This document shows positions 34,142-44,337 of a DNA stretch of 52,412 bases, piece after piece. Every line of letters starts with the position of its first letter. Within the stretch, counting starts at the first letter, position 1. Both the position numbers and the translations under genes were made by a program. The DNA comes from a virus. Lineage: Duplodnaviria; Caudoviricetes. The stretch is from IMG/VR virus record IMGVR_UViG_3300027743_000033, positions 1-52,412 of that record. One strand, 5' to 3'. Under the pieces are notes generated by a model. The model was not told where the DNA came from. It worked only from the letters and a program-made list of their open reading frames with translations, and searched no databases.

Positions 34142-36922
34142 TTACGAATACCGGCTCGGCTTGCGCCCGCCCGAGCGGACCTGCGCCATCGCAGCCGCCT
34201 GGCGCAACTGATCGACCACGCCGGACGATGCGCGCAGGCCGGTGATGTCGGGCAGGCCGGGAAAAGCGATGGTGACGTTGTGCATGCCGCCGCCGGCGAA
34301 CGCCGGGATCGACAACGGCGCCCGTATCATGCCGCCGAGCGCGAAGTGGCCCATGCTGTTGAGCACGGCGCGCAGATTGCCGCCCGAGAGGCGCAGCGCC
34401 TCGAGGAAAGCGAGGACGCCAGGCTGGCTGACGGCGCGCGCCGGCATGATGTGCTCGCCACGCGAGACCCAGGCGAGGTTTGAGTCGCTGGTGCCGGTGC
34501 CGCGGCCGCCGAGCAATCCGCCAGCGGCGTTTCCTTTGCCACCTGACAGCGAGGCACCAAGGCGCGCCGCGTCACCCGCCAACGAAACGGGCGAAACCAG
34601 GGCTTTAAGTATTTTCGCCCCCGCACTCTCGGCCGCTGCCACCAATTGCGCCACGACGGCATCGAAGGCGGCGACGAGCCACTGCCAGGCGTTGGCGATG
34701 GGCGTTGTCACCCACGCTGTTATCAAGGCAGTCACGTCTGCAATTACGTTCTTGATAGTATTCCCTGCGACGACCGCCATGTTCTTGATGGTGTCCCAGA
34801 AAACAACGACTAGAACAGCAAGGACAGGCAGCAACGCAATAAACCCAGCGACCGCCGCCGCCGTAGCGCCAAAGGCAAATCCGATCAACGTCACGGTGGC
34901 GACCAGAGCTGTGAAAACTCCACCAACAACGGTAGCCACCGCCGCTAGCGCCGAGAATGCCCCGGACATTTGTCCGACGATCCCCAGCACGAGAGCTCCC
35001 GTGCCAGTTATTTCCACTCCGAATATGCGGCTGAGAATAGGTGCGAGAGCAACCCCGGCTTTGCGCAAGCCAACAAAAGCGGCAGCGAGAAGCGCGAGTG
35101 TAGCCGGCAACTCCACGCCAATTTGCTTGATGGACTCAACCAATTCCGCCAGCCAGGGCGATCTAATCTGGTCCCCGGCTATCAGTCGGATGAGGTCCGC
35201 GAACACGCCCTCGCCAGTGCGCCTGATGTCGTTGAAGGTTTGAATAACGACAAACTTGATGGTCTCGAACGCCTCGATCGCCGCCGCGCTGAATAATTCC
35301 CAGGCCTTTGCGAAGTCGCCTTGCAGCAATGATTGGAATGCCTGCTTTAGTTTCTCGATCGAAAGCGGGAGCAGCGCCGCCACTGCGCCGGCGCCGGCCT
35401 TGATCTGGTCCCAGAACAGCACCACCAGCGCGATGAGGGGGATGAGAATAGGGCCGAACGAAGCAAACAGCCCGATCAGCGCCGTGAACGGCGACAGCAC
35501 AAAAGCAATTCCCTTAAATGCAACTGCAAAGGCGGTCGCGGCAATCGCCACCGTGACTAAACCCGCAGCCACCTGTTCCCACGTCACGCCAAAATTGCCG
35601 GCGATCTGCTTGACAACGGCCATCACTTTCTCACCGGCCGGGACCAGGACATCGTTCCAGATCCCGGCGAGCTGATCGCCAAGTGCGATCAGAATTTTGA
35701 ATGCTGTTGCAGCTGCGCCGGTCCCGATGTCCTGCAGGCGCAGCGCGCGCTGCGCATCGCTCAAGCCAAGCCATTGTCGCAACAGCAGGCGCGTGTCATC
35801 GACCATATCCCGCAGCCATGTAACGCGCTTCAGTTCGCCCGCGAGAAAAAACGCGCCGACCTGGTCCTTGGTGGCGCGGATCGCGGCGCCCAGGTCATCC
35901 CACGCCTTCTTGACCTTCCCGGCGGTGTCGATCTGATCGGCCGTCAGTTCGCGAGACTTCAAGCGCGCCGCTTCTGCCGTATCGACCGTGGCGGTCCTTG
36001 CAGCAAGCAGGGTCTTGATCACGGCCTGCCAGCTGTCACCAAAGAATTGAACGCCGGCCGCCGATTTCTTCAGGCCATCCGGCATGCCGTTGATGATCGT
36101 CGCGGTCTCGCGCAGTATGGCCATCGTGTCGCCGCTCTGAAGCGTCTTCATCTGTACGCCGAGCGAGCGGAATGCCATCGCCGCTGCTGCGCTTTCTTTC
36201 GTCAGCTCGTTCATGCGGGTGGCGGTCACCTCGACCGATTTGCCGTCCACCCCCATCACCTTGAATGTCGTCGACACCTTCGCAATCTCGTCCTTCATCT
36301 TCTGGATAAGGTCGACGGTTTTGCCCGCGCCTTTGACAAAATCATCGAACGACCCGCCGGCGCCGGCAATCGCTTGACGCAGCGCCACCCATTCCTTGGT
36401 GGATAGTTTCAGCTTCTCGGCCTGCTCGGCGATCTTCACTCCGGTTTCGACTGCGCCCTTCGTCAGAGCCGAAATCAAGACAGTGATGGCACCGGCAATG
36501 CCGATGGCGGCGAGCTTGAAAGCGGTGGCTGTTGAAACGAGCTTCTGCGAAGCCGTTTGCCCGGAAGCCTCGATCCGCTGCGCGCTTTGCCCGACTGCAA
36601 TCCCAAAATCCTGAGCCGCCGCAGTGGTCTTTCCAGCCGCCCCCGCCACTTCGGAAAACGAGGCAACGCCTTTGCTTCCAAAGTTTACGACGCTCTCGGC
36701 CAGCCCCTTGAATTGATTCCCTAGTTGCGTGCTGGCCACGCCGAGCTTCTCGACAGAGGTCTTGACTTGATCAAACCTCGCCGGATCGGCCTTGGTTTTC
36801 TCGGCGGCGTCTGCGATCTGCTTGAACGACTTCTCGCCAGCCTTGCCAAGCTCTTCGAGCTTCTTCTTGATGTCGTCGCTGCCCTCAAGGCTGATCCGCT
36901 GGCTTATCGTCTTGCTGGCCAT
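34142..36922 (-). CDS. Tape measure protein
   Basis: 926 aa, Ala/Gly-rich amphipathic with periodic Trp; follows the tail chaperones. Confidence 0.9.
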   Translation of the reverse strand: MASKTISQRISLEGSDDIKKKLEELGKAGEKSFKQIADAAEKTKADPARFDQVKTSVEKLGVASTQLGNQFKGLAESVVNFGSKGVASFSEVAGAAGKTTAAAQDFGIAVGQSAQRIEASGQTASQKLVSTATAFKLAAIGIAGAITVLISALTKGAVETGVKIAEQAEKLKLSTKEWVALRQAIAGAGGSFDDFVKGAGKTVDLIQKMKDEIAKVSTTFKVMGVDGKSVEVTATRMNELTKESAAAAMAFRSLGVQMKTLQSGDTMAILRETATIINGMPDGLKKSAAGVQFFGDSWQAVIKTLLAARTATVDTAEAARLKSRELTADQIDTAGKVKKAWDDLGAAIRATKDQVGAFFLAGELKRVTWLRDMVDDTRLLLRQWLGLSDAQRALRLQDIGTGAAATAFKILIALGDQLAGIWNDVLVPAGEKVMAVVKQIAGNFGVTWEQVAAGLVTVAIAATAFAVAFKGIAFVLSPFTALIGLFASFGPILIPLIALVVLFWDQIKAGAGAVAALLPLSIEKLKQAFQSLLQGDFAKAWELFSAAAIEAFETIKFVVIQTFNDIRRTGEGVFADLIRLIAGDQIRSPWLAELVESIKQIGVELPATLALLAAAFVGLRKAGVALAPILSRIFGVEITGTGALVLGIVGQMSGAFSALAAVATVVGGVFTALVATVTLIGFAFGATAAAVAGFIALLPVLAVLVVVFWDTIKNMAVVAGNTIKNVIADVTALITAWVTTPIANAWQWLVAAFDAVVAQLVAAAESAGAKILKALVSPVSLAGDAARLGASLSGGKGNAAGGLLGGRGTGTSDSNLAWVSRGEHIMPARAVSQPGVLAFLEALRLSGGNLRAVLNSMGHFALGGMIRAPLSIPAFAGGGMHNVTIAFPGLPDITGLRASSGVVDQLRQAAAMAQVRSGGRKPSRYS

Positions 36923-37458
36923 TAGCCCTTGATCCGTTGCTCATAGAATTCAGTCATGCGTCCCGCAGCCCGTGCGAAGATGGCGTAGAGGTCGAGCCGC
37001 TTGCGAATGTTGACCTGGCTCACGCCGACGAACAGCGGCCCGAGCTCGCGCTTGCCGGCGTCGAACAGCAGCGGCGGCTTGCCGGCCACATTCACCGATA
37101 CGAGCCTGCCGCCATACGCCCGCGGCGAATGGATGCCAGCCGGCAGGTTCCGCTCCAGCGGCAGCCACAGCAACGGCCGTCCTTTGATCGTGACGCCGCG
37201 CTCGAACACCCCGGCGAACGGGATGGTGTCAAAGATCAATGCCGCCGGATCGTCGCCCTTGTTCGGGTAGAATTTCGACTTCAGCGCCGCCCGCCAGCGC
37301 GCCGGGAAGCCGGCCGATGCGATATTCGCGCGCCCCTCTCGTACCGCGAGGTCGGCGGCATCCTGTACGGCGCCCGCCCTGGCCTCGTCGATCTGGCGCT
37401 CGATCTCCTTCACCAGCCGATCCAGAACGGCTTCCTGCGCAGAAAACACCAGCTTCAT
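36922..37458 (-). CDS. DUF6441/HK97-gp10-like tail completion protein
   Basis: VFERGVTIKGRPLLWLPL and PLFVGVSQVNIRKRLD. Confidence 0.65.
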   Translation of the reverse strand: MKLVFSAQEAVLDRLVKEIERQIDEARAGAVQDAADLAVREGRANIASAGFPARWRAALKSKFYPNKGDDPAALIFDTIPFAGVFERGVTIKGRPLLWLPLERNLPAGIHSPRAYGGRLVSVNVAGKPPLLFDAGKRELGPLFVGVSQVNIRKRLDLYAIFARAAGRMTEFYEQRIKG

Positions 37459-37563
37459 GTCAGATTGGCACCGATGAGCAAGGGCGTGGCACGATTTATC
37501 AAGACGGCATCTTCAGGATTGGACACCGCTGGACGTGGTCGGGGGCCAACGTAGGACTTGCAC

Positions 37564-37863
37564 ATGAAACCTGTCGTGCTCGCCATCCTTATCGCGACCA
37601 TGTTGACGACCCAACCGGCAATGGCTGAATCATGCACTATCACCCCTTATCCGCCTGGGTCGCCGGAAGCCGTCGCCGAAGCCATCGCCGCACTGCGCTA
37701 CCCAGGAACAACTCCGAGAGACTGTCGGCAGAGTGCGGAAGCAACCAAGCTATTCCGCTCAATCGGCGTCAAGAACTTGCGACTCGAGAAAGGGCCGACC
37801 CAAAATTGCGTGGTCCTCACTACGACTGACGACAAGGTCACCACCATCTGTGGCCCCAAATAA
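37564..37863 (+). CDS. Moron: small secreted 4-Cys protein, antisense to the tail operon
   Basis: AGGA RBS; signal peptide ending AMA. Confidence 0.7.
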   Translation: MKPVVLAILIATMLTTQPAMAESCTITPYPPGSPEAVAEAIAALRYPGTTPRDCRQSAEATKLFRSIGVKNLRLEKGPTQNCVVLTTTDDKVTTICGPK

Positions 37864-37864
37864 T

Positions 37865-38167
37865 TCACCCGCCCAACTCCTTGATCGTCTTCTCGATCGA
37901 CGTCTTGTCGCCCTGCGCCCCGATGGCGGCGATCGTGAGATCGTTCGCCCGTTCGATGCGGTCGAGCTTCTCTCCGAATTCCAGGTAGGCCGCGATCTGG
38001 CGCGGCGTCAGCGTCATTGCAAGGTCTGGCGAGAAGCCGGCGCGTCGTCCGAGGGCGACGACGGCGATGGCGATTTCCGCAAGCGCATCCTGACGGTTTT
38101 TGCCCCTTCGTCCGCCCCGCCGATGAGGCTGGTCAGTTCCGTGACGAAGGAGCCGATCCCGTTTGGG
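37865..38167 (-). CDS. Tail assembly chaperone extension (gpT-like frame, probable -1 frameshift)
   Basis: The -1 frame is open from C CCA AAC (38167-38161) and reads ...ALAEIAIAVVALGRRAGFSPDLAMTLTPRQIAAYLEF... Confidence 0.6.
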   Translation of the reverse strand, partial: PKRDRLLRHGTDQPHRRGGRRGKNRQDALAEIAIAVVALGRRAGFSPDLAMTLTPRQIAAYLEFGEKLDRIERANDLTIAAIGAQGDKTSIEKTIKELGG

Positions 38168-38487
38168 AATGTGAGACCGAATATAGCCTTGATGAATTTG
38201 ACCTGATGCTCGGGCAATAACTTAGCAGCGTGCTGCTCGTAGATCTCGTCGGCTAGGTGCCCGCAGCCGGCCGCGATGATCGGCCCGACCGCCGCGCCAC
38301 AGCCTTCGATCAGGCGCGGGACGATGCTGTCGCCGAGACCTCCGTTGACCAGCGCCTTGAGCTCGGGAAAACGGGAGACGATGGATGCGATCGCATCGAC
38401 CGAGACGCCGCGGACCTTGACCCGCTGCCCGTCGATCTTGACGACCCCGACCGCCGTCGACGGCGCGATATCCAATAGATCGGCCAT
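38014..38487 (-). CDS. Tail assembly chaperone (gpG-like)
   Basis: Lies between the tail tube and tape measure genes. Confidence 0.75.
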   Translation of the reverse strand: MADLLDIAPSTAVGVVKIDGQRVKVRGVSVDAIASIVSRFPELKALVNGGLGDSIVPRLIEGCGAAVGPIIAAGCGHLADEIYEQHAAKLLPEHQVKFIKAIFGLTFPNGIGSFVTELTSLIGGADEGAKTVRMRLRKSPSPSSPSDDAPASRQTLQ

Positions 38488-38498
38488 ACTGTTGTCCT

Positions 38499-39026
38499 TT
38501 ACGCCGACACCGTTTCATCGCGGACGGTGAAGATGCCGAAGTCGCCGTCGTCGCCCTTCTGCACCTCAAGCTCGACCTCGAGCGCCGAGAAGTCGTCCTC
38601 GGCGGTGATGAAGCTAAAATCACCGGACGGGTTGACCGAGACGCGGCCGATGTAGTCGACCTGCTGGCCGATATCGTTGGTGCCCTCGACTTTGATTACG
38701 CCGGCGACCTCGGTCTTCTTGAAGGCCGAGACGGTGACATTGCCATCCGTGTCGGTGCCCTTTTCGCCGAGCGTGAAGATGGCCAAATTCTCGCCGTTGA
38801 TCTCGTCGAGCGTCATCTTGATCGTTGCGCCCGTTTGAGTGATGGCGGTGAAGTCCTTCACCTTGACGCCCTCGCGCGCCGAGAAGTGTTCCTTCTTCTC
38901 GATCGTGGGCGTCCAGACGAACGACGGCGCATTGCCGAGATCGACGAAGTCGGCGGCGCCGTCTTCCTTGAACGAAACGATACCCTTGCCGATGTGATAG
39001 TTTTGGATCGATGGGCTTGCGGGCAT
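38499..39026 (-). CDS. Major tail tube protein
   Basis: YHIGKG..F...DLGNAPSF...KEHFSAREG; acidic 175 aa. Confidence 0.82.
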   Translation of the reverse strand: MPASPSIQNYHIGKGIVSFKEDGAADFVDLGNAPSFVWTPTIEKKEHFSAREGVKVKDFTAITQTGATIKMTLDEINGENLAIFTLGEKGTDTDGNVTVSAFKKTEVAGVIKVEGTNDIGQQVDYIGRVSVNPSGDFSFITAEDDFSALEVELEVQKGDDGDFGIFTVRDETVSA

Positions 39027-39029
39027 GGC

Positions 39030-39488
39030 TTATAGGTCCTTTATTTTGAGTGAGTATTTGAACATGAACTGCGCTCGCAGAGCGCCCTGCAGCGAGCGAC
39101 CCCAGCCGAGGTCGGTCTGACAGCCGAGGTAACGGATCGCGCCGTTGCCGAACCTTCCGGTCTTGACGATCGTCTCGTTCAGCGCGGTGTCGGTCAGCAC
39201 CCGCCGGATCAGCTCGCGCCGCAGGGTGGTGAGCTCGGACCCGACCTCGTCGGCTTGCTGCGCGATGACGATCTCGGGTTGCATGCGGACGACGGTTGAC
39301 CGGTTGGGTAGCCGCATCGACAGGTCGGACGCGTCGTCGGTTTCCTCGTCGCCATCGAACACGATCGCGGCCGGCAGTTTGTCTTCCGGGATATCTGGAT
39401 CGTTGCGCAGCGCCGATCGGATATTCGGAATGCCGGCGACCACCTCGAGCAGGCGCGCCAGGATATCCTCGCGGACGTCGATGCTCAT
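39030..39488 (-). CDS. Tail terminator-like protein
   Basis: [21 protein letters not shown]; directly before the tail tube gene. Confidence 0.7.
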   Translation of the reverse strand: MSIDVREDILARLLEVVAGIPNIRSALRNDPDIPEDKLPAAIVFDGDEETDDASDLSMRLPNRSTVVRMQPEIVIAQQADEVGSELTTLRRELIRRVLTDTALNETIVKTGRFGNGAIRYLGCQTDLGWGRSLQGALRAQFMFKYSLKIKDL

Positions 39489-41512
39489 CTCACCCGGCGG
39501 GGTTGGACGCCGCTCTCCAGCGCGTCGATGCGCGCGCTCAATTCCTTCACGCAGTTCACCAGCGCAAACAACAGCGCCGTCGTGTCGAGCACACGCAAAT
39601 CGTCAACCGGCTCGCCGTCGATGTAGCCGGCCTCCGTCGTAACCATCTCAGGCATCGGCACTTCGGCCTGCTGTGCAATCAGCCCGACAAATTCCTTCTT
39701 CTCTTCCGCCAGCTGCTGATGCGGCGACTGGCCGGTGGCCTGTTTGGAATAGTTGCCCTGGAACGTGTAGCGCACCGGATCGAGCTTCAGCACCTCGGCG
39801 AGGCCGTGCGTGTAGTCTCCGAGCACGTCCTTGATGCGTTCGTCGGATGTTGCGGCCCAAGGACCACCTCCCGGCTTGTAAGCATTAGCACTCACCGACA
39901 AATCGCCAGTGGCGCGGGAGATGGCCAGCGGAATGTCAAGCAGCCCGCCTGCATCATTGGCGCGAATTAACTGGAAATCGGAGCCAGCGTTGCCGCCGGT
40001 TTCGGCATCACTCGATCCGGGGATCATAATCCATCGGGTGATCCCGCCCTTCTGGCCTGCAATTGAAGAACTATGGGTGCCTGCGCCTGCGTTGATCAGG
40101 AGGTATGGATCGGGGGAAGCGAGTGTCAGGTTCCCCGTCATGGTGTCGCCGGCCTTGGCAACCGCAGCCTGCCAAGACGTGTCAGAACCACGGCGGCCAT
40201 AAGCCGTTCCGTCTGCCGGGGCTTCCGGCATGTTGTTTGAGCCGATGCCAAAGCCTGCGAAGATCACCCGCCCCGCCGAGAACGGCGTGGCACTGCCGGT
40301 TGCTAGCCATGCGACGGGGATGGTGAAATAAGCTCCGTTATCGACCGCAGGCCCGGAGGTTTGGTAATACTGCACATTCGTTGCGTTAGTCTTGTCCTGC
40401 ACGAGGATTTTGACGCCCGCCGCAATGAGCTTCAAAGCATTGGTAATATCGATGCCAACCGCATTCGTCTCGTGTAAGTAGAAGGCCGTTATGGCGCTCT
40501 GCGTTGCATTATTGCCCCGCAACTGCCCGGTTGACGGTGGCGCTGTGAGTGTCGTTGAATAAGTATACTCCGCTGTAGACATGCCGCCAATGCCGAGAGC
40601 CGCAACCGCATTAGCAACAAACGCCGTCGTCGCAATTGATGTATCGTTATCGCCGGTTGACGGCGTCGGCGCCTGCGGATCGCCTGTGAATACCGGAGAT
40701 GCAAGCGGTGCGCGCGATGTGTCGCTCGGGTGGACGTGATCCTCGCGCGATGCGAGCGTGGCCGAGACACCCGCCGCGGCGACGCCATCCATCTTCGGCT
40801 GCGCCGTCCCCGGCAGCATCACGCCGGGAGCGCCCTGCGGCCCCTGAGCACCTGTCGCACCCGCATCGCCCTTGTCGCCTTTTGGTCCTTGCGAACCAGT
40901 CGGGCCGGTGGCGCCGATGTCCCCCTTGGGACCTTGTGGGCCGGCGGCTCCTGCATTCCCTTGCGGACCAGGCACGCCTTGTGGGCCTTGCGATCCCTGC
41001 GCGCCCGGATCGCCTTGCGGACCCTCCGCACCTTGCGGCCCTTGTGGCCCTTGTGGCCCCGGCTCACCTTGCGGCCCGGCTGGCCCTGGCGGCACCTCCA
41101 ATCCGGGCGCCGTGAGCGTGCCGCTGACCGCGAGACTGCCATTGAGGGTGATATCGCCGTCGATAGTCCCACCACGATGCACATTGAGGTCGGCGGCACC
41201 GGCAACGACAGCCGCGCGCGCCGCGCCCTTCAAATTCAGCTTGGCTTGACCGATCACCCCGCCAATCGAAGAGTACCGCACCGTATTGCGCGCGAACTCA
41301 CAACTCTGCGCCGTGCAATTGCGTACGGTCGCTTCCGAAAGTTCGAAGTCACTGCCTTCCTCAAGCAGCAGTGTCACCGGATCGCCATCGCGCACACCGG
41401 CATCGTAAGGACGCATGTACCGCGGGTCTGGGTCGGTGACCACGACGTTCCCGGTGCCGAGCGTGGCCGTTGGACACTGGACGCGATCGAACGGCGTCCC
41501 CATCACGGTCAT
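39485..41512 (-). CDS. Collagen-like fibre with a C-terminal intramolecular chaperone (peptidase S74-type)
   Basis: About 30 Gly-X-Y triplets; SDERIKD...GL.EVLKL.PVRY...GLIAQ...VKELSARID. Confidence 0.85.
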   Translation of the reverse strand: MTVMGTPFDRVQCPTATLGTGNVVVTDPDPRYMRPYDAGVRDGDPVTLLLEEGSDFELSEATVRNCTAQSCEFARNTVRYSSIGGVIGQAKLNLKGAARAAVVAGAADLNVHRGGTIDGDITLNGSLAVSGTLTAPGLEVPPGPAGPQGEPGPQGPQGPQGAEGPQGDPGAQGSQGPQGVPGPQGNAGAAGPQGPKGDIGATGPTGSQGPKGDKGDAGATGAQGPQGAPGVMLPGTAQPKMDGVAAAGVSATLASREDHVHPSDTSRAPLASPVFTGDPQAPTPSTGDNDTSIATTAFVANAVAALGIGGMSTAEYTYSTTLTAPPSTGQLRGNNATQSAITAFYLHETNAVGIDITNALKLIAAGVKILVQDKTNATNVQYYQTSGPAVDNGAYFTIPVAWLATGSATPFSAGRVIFAGFGIGSNNMPEAPADGTAYGRRGSDTSWQAAVAKAGDTMTGNLTLASPDPYLLINAGAGTHSSSIAGQKGGITRWIMIPGSSDAETGGNAGSDFQLIRANDAGGLLDIPLAISRATGDLSVSANAYKPGGGPWAATSDERIKDVLGDYTHGLAEVLKLDPVRYTFQGNYSKQATGQSPHQQLAEEKKEFVGLIAQQAEVPMPEMVTTEAGYIDGEPVDDLRVLDTTALLFALVNCVKELSARIDALESGVQPRRVR

Positions 41513-41940
41513 ATCGCCCCTCCCGAAATCGAGCGGCTGGAGACGGAGTTCGACGAGGCAAAACCGCCGCCGCCGCTGCCGCCGCCATTGCCGGTATGCT
41601 CCTTCAACAGGAACCGCACCTCGCCAAAGTCCTCGCCGTTCGGGCTGCCGCGCACCTCCCACGAGCGCACGGTCCAGGTCCGGCCGTTGAACGCGAGCAC
41701 GGCGTCGCTATAGACATCGCGGGTAATGCCTTTTGCCGCCAGCTCATAGATGCGCGCAAACGCACCTGGCCCGACGCTGCGAACCTCCGCGGCAGATGCC
41801 TGCGTCACCGCCGACGAGATCGGCAAGGCCTTCGGCCGGGTGTCGTCGATGACCGTGATGTCGGCAGTGCCCATGATGGCCGGCACGCCGATCTCGGCAT
41901 AGACCGGGTCGAACAGCAGTGCGCCGTAGTTGATCGTCAC
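41509..41940 (-). CDS. Head closure / head-tail joining protein
   Basis: GTG start [21 protein letters not shown]; position in the neck module. Confidence 0.65.
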   Translation of the reverse strand: MTINYGALLFDPVYAEIGVPAIMGTADITVIDDTRPKALPISSAVTQASAAEVRSVGPGAFARIYELAAKGITRDVYSDAVLAFNGRTWTVRSWEVRGSPNGEDFGEVRFLLKEHTGNGGGSGGGGFASSNSVSSRSISGGAI

Positions 41941-42530
41941 AGCGTCAGCAGCTCGTATGCGAGCCACGTGCCCTCGACGTGCACGATGTCGCGACCGTCG
42001 TGGTGCAAGGCTTCGAGCACTGGCTTCACGTCGACGGTGCCGAGTTCATGAAAATCATGATAAATGATGATCCCACCCGGCCTGACGATCGACCTCGCGA
42101 GCGCGCTATCGTGCTCGACGGCCGCGCGTCCGTGGTCCCCGTCGATGAAGATCGCGTCGGCGGGCGGCAAGTCCTGCGGCGTGAGATCGAGCGATCCGCG
42201 CCGCAGCAGCACCAGCTCGAACCTCGCGTCGTCCTTAACCAGTTCGCCCGGATTGGCGGGCACCTCGTGACGCTGCACTGCCTTCTCCGGTACATAGCCG
42301 GGCATCACGTCGACCCCGGTATAGTGCTCGATGTCCGGCACGTTGGCGAGGATCGCCTTGGCGGTGCGGCCCGTATTGACGCCGATCTCGATCACGTGGC
42401 GTGGCGATACGCTGCGCACGAGCGCGATCAGCACCTCGAGCTCGCCGTGGTTCATGTAGCGCCGCGGCAAGCCGGCCCAATCGATGGGACGCACGTCAAA
42501 TCGCGATTGCGGAACGGTCGGCAGCGACAT
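41937..42530 (-). CDS. Class I SAM-dependent methyltransferase (Methyltransf_24-like)
   Basis: VIEIGVNTGRT, DAIFIDGDH and VRPGGIIIYHD. Confidence 0.88.
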   Translation of the reverse strand: MSLPTVPQSRFDVRPIDWAGLPRRYMNHGELEVLIALVRSVSPRHVIEIGVNTGRTAKAILANVPDIEHYTGVDVMPGYVPEKAVQRHEVPANPGELVKDDARFELVLLRRGSLDLTPQDLPPADAIFIDGDHGRAAVEHDSALARSIVRPGGIIIYHDFHELGTVDVKPVLEALHHDGRDIVHVEGTWLAYELLTL

Positions 42531-43452
42531 GGTTATCCAGGAAACGCGCGATGCGTGCGTGAGCGTCGTCGAGGTCGATGTCCTTGTTGCACGGGTGCTT
42601 GGGCAGGAAGCAGTCGCACGGCTGCACCGGATCGATGCCGAGCGTGGGCGCGAAGCGCGCGCCGTAGGCATAGAAGCGCGACGACTCGCGCCCGCCGTAG
42701 ACGGTGATCACCGGCGTGCCGACAGCTTGCGACAGGATCAGCGCGAAGCCGGGCGAGCAGAAGGTGAGCGCAGCGGATGCGATCAAACCGATCATGGCCT
42801 CGGCGTCCAGTTCGCCCGCGTGCAGGACAACGTCGGCATCCAGATGGTCGCCACAAATCCATTCGACGCCGTCGACCAGGTCGGCGATCGACACCACGAA
42901 GAACCGGGAGCGGATGGCATTGTAGATCGCCGCGTAGGCCTTCGGGTCGGGATTGCGGGTGGCGCAGCCGCCCCATTCGGTACGGTCGACCAGTGGGCGC
43001 AGCACCATGACAGGACGGCCGGGCCGTGGGCGCACGATGTGCAGTGCCTTCGCGCGCCATGCCTCGGGCACCGGCAACGAGAAGTCCGCGCCGTCGAGGG
43101 GTTGGTGCAGCGTATAGCGCAGCATGCCGCCCAGGATGGAGCCCGAGGCGCGAATGCACGTCGTGTCGTACCAGATCTTCTTTTTCTTTGGCGGGATGAT
43201 TGTCCGCCGCAGGCGCGCATAGCTTTCGCGCTCGCGCAGAACGTTCTTGCACTGGGTGCGCAGCGTCGTTCGAGCCGGCGGCAATACCGCAAACCGCTCG
43301 CCGACGAGGTCGTGATAGAGGCACGGCCACGGGGTGTGGAGCCACACGTCCGAATCCGACGTCGCGAGCACGCGGCGCACGAGCGCGCGCTGGTGGATGC
43401 AATCTCCAAATCCATGCATGCCGTCGAACACGAGAGGCGGCTTCATCTTCAT
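42496..43452 (-). CDS. Glycosyltransferase, GT9/heptosyltransferase-like (GT-B)
   Basis: GFGDCI near the N-terminus; LIASAALTF.SPGF..ILSQAVGTPVITVYG; PCDC...C...I C-terminus. Confidence 0.72.
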   Translation of the reverse strand: MKMKPPLVFDGMHGFGDCIHQRALVRRVLATSDSDVWLHTPWPCLYHDLVGERFAVLPPARTTLRTQCKNVLRERESYARLRRTIIPPKKKKIWYDTTCIRASGSILGGMLRYTLHQPLDGADFSLPVPEAWRAKALHIVRPRPGRPVMVLRPLVDRTEWGGCATRNPDPKAYAAIYNAIRSRFFVVSIADLVDGVEWICGDHLDADVVLHAGELDAEAMIGLIASAALTFCSPGFALILSQAVGTPVITVYGGRESSRFYAYGARFAPTLGIDPVQPCDCFLPKHPCNKDIDLDDAHARIARFLDNHVAADRSAIAI

Positions 43453-44105
43453 GCCGCCACCCGCCGATGAACTGCTTCGTGGATTGCGTCCGGCAGGTCG
43501 ACGACCGGCCACAGGTCGGCGTAGGCGCTGCCAGGACTGGCGTTGAGCAACGAGATGCCCATGGTCCGCAGCGGCTCGACCATCGTCGCGACATCAGCCC
43601 GATGCCGATCGTAGCGTTCCGGCTTCGGCCCCCAACGGTGCGGCTTGTGGTGCCAGACCCGGCCATCCGGAGCCGCCTTGCCGTCGGCGCCGAGCCAGAC
43701 GATCGTGCCGCCGCGGCCGACCAGGTGCGCCGCCAGATTGGTGGCCGCGGTGAGAGACGTCCACTTCTGCGTCAGGGTGTCGGGCGCCTGCGACAGTCCT
43801 GGCGGCTTGCCTTTGCGGCAGACGAGCACCTTCTCGTTTTGCACCATGTTCGAGACCGTGACGACGCGCCCGCCGAGGCTCGCGATCGCCGCCTGGTTTT
43901 CCGGCTCGTTCCACCAGCGCCAGTCGCCGAAGTAGCAGAAGTCAGCCCACGGCGCGGCATGGATGCTTGAATTGATCACAATCACCCGCCGCCCGCGCAG
44001 TTGCCCGAGGTCGTGCCCGAGCACCGACGGCCCGCCGGCAATGATGAACGCAGTCTCGCGTTCCCATTCGCGCGGCACCGACCAGAACGTCATCGTCTTA
44101 CCCAT
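43449..44105 (-). CDS. DUF115/Maf (MptE-like) nucleotide-sugar transferase-fold protein
   Basis: AFIIAGGPS, VIVINSS, YFGD, TSLTAATNLA, IVWLGADG and LLNAS. Confidence 0.68.
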   Translation of the reverse strand: MGKTMTFWSVPREWERETAFIIAGGPSVLGHDLGQLRGRRVIVINSSIHAAPWADFCYFGDWRWWNEPENQAAIASLGGRVVTVSNMVQNEKVLVCRKGKPPGLSQAPDTLTQKWTSLTAATNLAAHLVGRGGTIVWLGADGKAAPDGRVWHHKPHRWGPKPERYDRHRADVATMVEPLRTMGISLLNASPGSAYADLWPVVDLPDAIHEAVHRRVAA

Positions 44106-44319
44106 GGACGATGCGCCACGTCGGCAGTCCCAGCAGCATGGCCACGACCATATACAGAACGATCAGCATCACCACGAGCAAGTATAGCCGCTGCACGTTC
44201 CAGTCGATGCTGTAGGTGAACCACTTCGCGACCATGACGATGATCGCGCCGACCAGCACGAGGATGGCGGCCACGATTGCGGCATTGACCACGCCGAGCA
44301 GCAACCCGGTCAATGACAT
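44098..44319 (-). CDS. Small two-TM membrane protein
   Basis: 73 aa, almost entirely hydrophobic. Confidence 0.7.
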   Translation of the reverse strand: MSLTGLLLGVVNAAIVAAILVLVGAIIVMVAKWFTYSIDWNVQRLYLLVVMLIVLYMVVAMLLGLPTWRIVHG

Positions 44320-44337
44320 GGCGACCGCTCCACGTCC

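Noticed and set aside
30358-36406. Long plus-strand ORFs antisense to tail genes
   Set aside because: Shadow ORFs typical of high-GC coding DNA, with no motifs or RBS.
40830-41090. GC-rich 9-bp periodic repeats (also ~45490-45770)
   Set aside because: Explained by collagen Gly-X-Y coding.
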